A stretch of DNA of 64,000 nucleotides from positions 3,744,001 through 3,808,000 of the forward strand of contig OY760175.1 of assembly GCA_963663165.1 (NCBI GenBank), in the 5' to 3' direction. The stretch is from an uncultured Desulfospira sp. (lineage in GTDB: Bacteria > Desulfobacterota > Desulfobacteria > Desulfobacterales > Desulfobacteraceae). The notes beneath the pieces are model-generated. The model was not told the origin of the DNA. It worked only from the letters and a program-made list of their open reading frames with translations, and ran no database searches. This document shows positions 58,691 through 64,000 of this stretch, piece after piece. The translations under genes were made by a program, and so were the position numbers. Numbering within the stretch: position 1 is the stretch's first letter; the number at the start of each line of letters is the position of its first letter.

Positions 58691-59875
58691 TTATACCCTA
58701 AGGCTGTCAAGGGTCCGGACCCGGCACGGTACGGCAGGGTCTTCCGGTCTTCCGCTTTCCAGGGTTGCCGCAATGAGCTGGAGCGGCATTCTTTTGGGCA
58801 GCAGGGCTTTTTGGAGTTTCAGATTGCCGGCATCCGGTTTATACACAAGCAAAAGGCAATTGGTCCCCCAAAGTCCCGTGGCATGCTGCTGTATGGTCTC
58901 GAAAAAAGGGGCTTTTGGGTTCATCTGCATCCTGGCAAGGACTTCAAGGATATCCGAAAGGTTCCGGCTGTTGTTCCCTAAGGGGATAAAGCCGGTGCCG
59001 TTACCGGTGATGCCGGCATTGGTCAGAAAACCGACGGCACTGCCTTTTTGCTCAAAACATACGGCCATACCGGCTGCCGCTTCAAGCATTTGTTCAAACA
59101 GTTCCGGCTGCCGGTCAGAACAGAACCCCTCAACGTCTATGCAGATCAGAATTTTTTCCTGGACAGACGGCTCACAGATTTTTTCCTGGAGCTTGCCCAT
59201 GCGGGCGCTGGCTTTCCACTGGATGTGCCGGGCCGGGGTTTCATACCGGTACTCCCGGGTCCCCAGGATATAGACCGGATCACGCACCGGGCTTTTTTCA
59301 CCGGGCATGCCGAAAAAATGCTGTTCCGGCATTGAAAAGGGGCGGATGGTTTTCAACTTAGGAAAAATCAGCACGGGTGTACCGTGGGAGCGTCTCTTTT
59401 TTTGGGGAAAAAAATTAAACAGATCCGATGCCGTGACATAGGGCGCCCCCATCTGCACGCACCCTCTTTTGCATGCGGTCAGTTCCCAGGTAAAGGTCGT
59501 TTTCTGATACCACAACAGGAAACCGGAAGTGGTGCCGGGCGAATTTTCGCTAAAGAAGGCATTATCAAAGAAAGGAAGGATTTCAACCCGGACCGGTAGC
59601 AGTTTTCCATTGGATAAGGTCATGGACAGCACCAGGGTTTCACCGGGAAAAACCTTGGTCCTGTCAATGGTAAATTCAATATCCAGATGTGAGAAGGCAT
59701 ACCGGCTCCAGATCCAGGCCGATCCCACCATGGCGAATAATAACACCAGAAGCAGTGTCATTTCGTCCTGATGATTCAATAAGGCGGCCACAAGGAAACA
59801 AAAGGCAATTAAAAGCACCAGGCGGGAGGTAAAAATGCTGGTCAGATGATATGGCGCCTGCCCGTCTTCGGCCAT
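58691..59875 (-). CDS. DUF58 protein
   Basis: GTREYR..PARHIQWKASAR; follows moxR. Confidence 0.88.
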   Translation of the reverse strand: MAEDGQAPYHLTSIFTSRLVLLIAFCFLVAALLNHQDEMTLLLVLLFAMVGSAWIWSRYAFSHLDIEFTIDRTKVFPGETLVLSMTLSNGKLLPVRVEILPFFDNAFFSENSPGTTSGFLLWYQKTTFTWELTACKRGCVQMGAPYVTASDLFNFFPQKKRRSHGTPVLIFPKLKTIRPFSMPEQHFFGMPGEKSPVRDPVYILGTREYRYETPARHIQWKASARMGKLQEKICEPSVQEKILICIDVEGFCSDRQPELFEQMLEAAAGMAVCFEQKGSAVGFLTNAGITGNGTGFIPLGNNSRNLSDILEVLARMQMNPKAPFFETIQQHATGLWGTNCLLLVYKPDAGNLKLQKALLPKRMPLQLIAATLESGRPEDPAVPCRVRTLDSLRV

Positions 59876-59883
59876 AACGGTTT

Positions 59884-60825
59884 TTACCCCGCCGCCCTGT
59901 CCGGTACAGGGGTCTGGTTAACGATACCCCATAGGATGTCCCGGGCCCGCTCCCCCCTGAGCCGTTCATTTTCATTGATAATCAGACGGTGGGACAGAAC
60001 CGGTTCTGCCAGGGCCTTGACATCGTCGGGAAGCACATAATCGCGGTTTTCCATGGCGGCCCGTGCCTGGGCGGCGCGCATCAATGCCATGGCCCCCCTG
60101 GGGCTGGCGCCGTAACGGATCTTGTCATGATGCCGGGTGGCCGCAACAAGGGTTGTGATATATTCCCGGACAGCCCCTGAGACGAGGATCTGCTTTCTGG
60201 CCTGCTGCATGGCCAAAATCTGTTCAGGTGACGCCACGGAGGATAATCCGGCAAGGGGATCATCAACCTGAAAGCGCTTTAAAATTTCCATTTCCTCTTC
60301 TTTTTTGGGATACCCCATGTCGACTTTAAGCAGAAAACGGTCCAGCTGGGCTTCAGGCAACGGGAAGGTGCCTTCCAGTTCAACGGGATTCTGGGTGGCG
60401 ATGACAAAAAAGGGGGCGGGCAAGGGGTAGGTTTGGCCGTCCACCGTCACCTGGCGTTCTTCCATGCTCTCAAGAAGGCTGGACTGTGTCCGGGGAATGG
60501 TGCGGTTGATTTCATCGGCCAGCAGGATGTTTGTCATTACAGGGCCTCGCTGAAATTGGAAACAGCCCTTGTGCTGGACGTAGATATTGTACCCGGTAAT
60601 ATCCGAGGGCAACAGATCCGGGGTGAACTGGACCCGCCGGTACTGCCCGTCGATGGATTTTGCCAGGGCCCTGGCCAGCATGGTCTTTCCCACCCCCGGA
60701 ACATCTTCGAGCAGCACATGGCCCTCAGCCAAAAGCCCCACGATCATCAGCCGGATGCAGGTCGTTTTGCCGACAATGACCCTGGAGATGTTATCTATTA
60801 TGTCGTTGCACAGGTCAAAATCCAA
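59884..60825 (-). CDS. moxR: MoxR-family AAA+ ATPase
   Basis: LEDVPGVGKT, RVQFTPDLLPSD, DEINR, ATQNP, LPEAQLDRF, GASPR. Confidence 0.95.
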   Translation of the reverse strand: MDFDLCNDIIDNISRVIVGKTTCIRLMIVGLLAEGHVLLEDVPGVGKTMLARALAKSIDGQYRRVQFTPDLLPSDITGYNIYVQHKGCFQFQRGPVMTNILLADEINRTIPRTQSSLLESMEERQVTVDGQTYPLPAPFFVIATQNPVELEGTFPLPEAQLDRFLLKVDMGYPKKEEEMEILKRFQVDDPLAGLSSVASPEQILAMQQARKQILVSGAVREYITTLVAATRHHDKIRYGASPRGAMALMRAAQARAAMENRDYVLPDDVKALAEPVLSHRLIINENERLRGERARDILWGIVNQTPVPDRAAG

Positions 60826-61121
60826 AACAAAAGTTCCTTTACCAGATGGCTAAAAAAAAATGGTGCCGTCTTTCACAAGGCAGCATCCTATCCTCAATTG
60901 CCGGGCATTTCAATGGGATTCTTTGCGCCTGTTCAGGGCAATCCCAGCGCCGCCGGCATAAATTTTCAACGGCGTGACAAGCCGCCATGCCCACTGGTCA
61001 AGATATCCGGATGAACCGATAGGGTCGTTTGGGATACTCTCTCAACAGAAAACAAAGTACATCCTGAAAGACCGGCCGCACCATCAGATATGGATGAATT
61101 TATAATGTCATAATCAAGGTT

Positions 61122-61155
61122 TGACCCCGAACGTCCGATGACCCCGAACGTCCGA
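61122..61155. repeat. Perfect 17-bp tandem duplication
   Basis: tgaccccgaacgtccga x2. Confidence 0.9.
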
Positions 61156-61239
61156 AAATTTTCTTTTCATTTTCCCCAAAAAAATTTATCGTCAAATAAC
61201 GCTGAAAATTTGAGATTTATCCATAAAAGGAGGATCATC

Positions 61240-64000
61240 ATGAAAATATTTTTACGATATGGAATGGTTCTGGTCACGGCATTGCTGTGCGTTTATATTC
61301 AGAATGTTCAATCAGACAGCCTTTGGAGCGACGATGTTGACTCGGTTTATTCTCCCGAGGCCCCCCTGGGTACCCTCTGGGTTGAAGCCGGCGCCCTTTT
61401 GTCTGTTTCAGCTGCGGAGGATGATCAATGGCGAATACTGAACATAGGGACCCTTTATGACTGGACCAACGCCAACGGCCTTTCTTTTGATTATGAAGGC
61501 ATTCCTTACGGTGCCCTGGCAGGCCGGATCGGTGAGGATGGCGACTGGTTTTTCATTGGAAGCGATTTTTGCCAGACCGCCTCCCAAAGTGGTACGCTTT
61601 ACCTGGCCTGCTGGGAGCCTTCCGGCAATTTTTCGGATAACTCGGATGCCATCACTGTTACGGCCAGCCTGGCATCCTTTGACCCGGCCGACCTGGACCA
61701 GGACTATGACGTGGACGGAAAGGACCTGTTCCGATATCTCCAGGACCTGTCGGCCCTGGACCTGGAAAGTTTTGCCGCTATTTTCGGATGGGTCGATACC
61801 CCGGCCACCGCAGACCTTCAAACCCTGTCGGTTTCACCGGGCCGGCTTGCCTCGGTTTTTTCGGCCGACCAGAGCGATTATCTGGTGGAGGTGGAAAATG
61901 AAACCAGCGAAATCCAGGTGACCGCCCTTCCAGCAGATCCTCTGGCAACGGTCTGGATCAGCGATACCCTGGTTGATCCCGGCACCCCGTTTGCCGTATC
62001 TCTGGACCTGGGAGCCAACTATATCCCTGTGCGGGTGGTCTCCCAGAACAACCGCACTGAAAAGACATATTCCCTGCTGGTGGCCCGAAAGGGTACGGCC
62101 GGTCTTTCCGGTCTGTCCGCAGAAGGATATGATCTGATCCCGGCATTTTCACCGGACACTGCCGTTTATACCATTTATGCGGCATCAGATACCACAGAGG
62201 TCCAGCTGAATCTGGAACCCGGGGACGGGTCCGACCAGATTCAGGTCAACGGTACCCTCCTGGATGACCCGGCCCTTCCGGTTTACATCCCTTTAGAAAG
62301 CGAAATGACCGAAGCTCAAATCCTGGTTGCGGCCTCAGACGGATCAGAATTTGCTTATTTTGTTTATATTAAAAGGAATGCCGCGCCGTCCCAAACGGCA
62401 TTTGTCAAGGACGACGCCGTTGAAGCCAATGAGTTTGAATCATTGCCTGAAGCCGTTGCGTATCTGAACACCAATCTGTTATCCGGGCAGACCGGGGAGA
62501 TCAGGATTCAGACCTCCTCTGCCATGGTTGTAGACACCCTGGATCTGACCCGGAATATTATTTTGACTGTGGAACCCGGGGCCTCCAATGTTATTTTTGG
62601 GCCTTCAACCTATCCGCTGATCATTAATACATGGGCCGGTGCCGATATTTCCGGACTTTGCTTTACCGGGTCGCCGGCATTCACCATCAACTCCGGGGCC
62701 GGGCTTTGTGTTGCCGGAAGTTCTTTCTCCTCAGACACCACTGTCAACATAGAGGATTCCGTATCATCCACCGAGGCCAAGGGCGGCGGATATTACAGCC
62801 AGTTTTTAAATTTTGTGGGAAACCACCTGTCCGGTGACCTGAATATCATGATGTCCGGTTCAGCTGACACGGATTTTGTCACATCCGGAAACCAGGCCGA
62901 AAGCATCCAGTTCGCCGGAACGGGTGAATTCTCAGGGGATGCCAACCTCAAGTTTAAAGCCAATCTCACAGATGATTTGAGCATCATGGCCACAATGAAG
63001 GGAAATACCCATGCCAGTGTTACAGGGCACCGGAACGTCGTCAATACGGATATCGGCATCACCATGGAAGACGATGCCCGGATCAGCCTGGAACAGCATA
63101 CCTCGGCCTCTGTGGGATTAAATTTCATGGGGTTGAATGGAAAGATACAACTGGACAACGTCACCACCGTCAATGCGGCCTATAAAATGGACATGGCAAA
63201 AGCCCAGTACACGGGCAGGTCCAACGCTATCACCAATTTTAATGCTTCCTTGTTATACAGCCATGGGGACAGTATCTACGGCATCACCCAGGAGGGCGGA
63301 AAATTCCTGCAAAATTATTCGATCAAGGCAGCAGGGGCCGGGCTGAACGCTACGCTGACCCTGGGGCTGGACGGTGTTAATATTTACGGAAAATATAATC
63401 TGATTGCCGGCGGGAATGTGACCGCCAAATTTAATAACAACACGACCATTTCCCTGGATGCATACATGAAACTGCCGGGCAAGCTTGCTTCCCTGGATTT
63501 TGACCATATGACCTGCTATGGGAAATTGTCCGTGGAGCTGCCTGAATCCGGGGTCGAGGTGTATCTGAACGCACAATATGGCATCCTGGAAGAGGGGTTA
63601 CTCATAAATTTTACGGACCTTGGCGGTGTCAGCGGCACCCTGGACCATATTGTCACCGTTACCGGCGGTTTAATCCTGCGCTTTGGCGCCGAGGAGCCCC
63701 CGACCCCGGAAAACAAGGCCGCGGCCTTAACCAAAGGAAACACCCTGGTTCTTAAAAACCTGGAAATTAAAGACACCAATGGACTGCCCGGCCTCTATCT
63801 GGAAAAAATCAACACGGCGGTCACCATCCAGGACAGCACCATTGAAAGCCAGAACTGGGCCATTTACTGTGCGGGCATTAATGCGGCCGTCACCATCAAG
63901 GACAACGCCAATCTGACGGGGGGCATCTTTCTTAACGGGGATCCCGACGGCACAGGGGTCTTGATTGATCAGCCCCATGAGGTCAGCGCCAACACCATCA
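61240..64000 (+). CDS. Large secreted/surface multidomain protein (3'-truncated; absent from ORF track)
   Basis: RBS AGGAGG, ATG 61240; frame 1 read without stop to 64000 (>=920 aa); signal peptide, LecA-like, dockerin-like, two cadherin-like domains, beta-helix-like region. Confidence 0.88.
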   Translation, partial: MKIFLRYGMVLVTALLCVYIQNVQSDSLWSDDVDSVYSPEAPLGTLWVEAGALLSVSAAEDDQWRILNIGTLYDWTNANGLSFDYEGIPYGALAGRIGEDGDWFFIGSDFCQTASQSGTLYLACWEPSGNFSDNSDAITVTASLASFDPADLDQDYDVDGKDLFRYLQDLSALDLESFAAIFGWVDTPATADLQTLSVSPGRLASVFSADQSDYLVEVENETSEIQVTALPADPLATVWISDTLVDPGTPFAVSLDLGANYIPVRVVSQNNRTEKTYSLLVARKGTAGLSGLSAEGYDLIPAFSPDTAVYTIYAASDTTEVQLNLEPGDGSDQIQVNGTLLDDPALPVYIPLESEMTEAQILVAASDGSEFAYFVYIKRNAAPSQTAFVKDDAVEANEFESLPEAVAYLNTNLLSGQTGEIRIQTSSAMVVDTLDLTRNIILTVEPGASNVIFGPSTYPLIINTWAGADISGLCFTGSPAFTINSGAGLCVAGSSFSSDTTVNIEDSVSSTEAKGGGYYSQFLNFVGNHLSGDLNIMMSGSADTDFVTSGNQAESIQFAGTGEFSGDANLKFKANLTDDLSIMATMKGNTHASVTGHRNVVNTDIGITMEDDARISLEQHTSASVGLNFMGLNGKIQLDNVTTVNAAYKMDMAKAQYTGRSNAITNFNASLLYSHGDSIYGITQEGGKFLQNYSIKAAGAGLNATLTLGLDGVNIYGKYNLIAGGNVTAKFNNNTTISLDAYMKLPGKLASLDFDHMTCYGKLSVELPESGVEVYLNAQYGILEEGLLINFTDLGGVSGTLDHIVTVTGGLILRFGAEEPPTPENKAAALTKGNTLVLKNLEIKDTNGLPGLYLEKINTAVTIQDSTIESQNWAIYCAGINAAVTIKDNANLTGGIFLNGDPDGTGVLIDQPHEVSANTI

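Noticed and set aside
60840..61010. c-di-GMP-I riboswitch (GCGCAAAG on minus strand)
   Set aside because: Missing the GGCAAAC/GNRA P2 and P3 elements.
61259..63978. Short ORFs listed in the last 3 kb
   Set aside because: All lie within the single uninterrupted frame-1 gene starting at 61240.

Overview
Bacterial chromosomal window, most likely from a sulfate-reducing deltaproteobacterium (Desulfobacteraceae-like; inferred from gene families, sigma54 regulons and intergenic repeat style, not from a marker gene). No rRNA, tRNA or CRISPR seen. Left to right: AlaC-like aminotransferase and KtrBA K+ uptake; a divergent IclR/TRAP cluster with two APS-reductase-like flavoprotein+ferredoxin pairs; WtpABC tungstate transporter; a GntR-linked corrinoid methyl-transfer cluster with its own TRAP transporter; a decayed BamHI-like C-R-M system whose methylase is interrupted by an 89-bp hairpin element found three times in the window; a sigma54-linked cluster (USP-like proteins, a Lon protease with an inserted receiver domain, SLC13 and SulP transporters, HK/RR) interrupted by an orphan effector-like block; two metal/peptide-uptake operons preceded by the same unrecognised attenuator-like leader; AAA/DUF4143; MoxR-DUF58-DUF4129; and a >=920-aa surface protein missing from the ORF track because it runs off the right edge. 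Family calls come from motif reading, not database searches.
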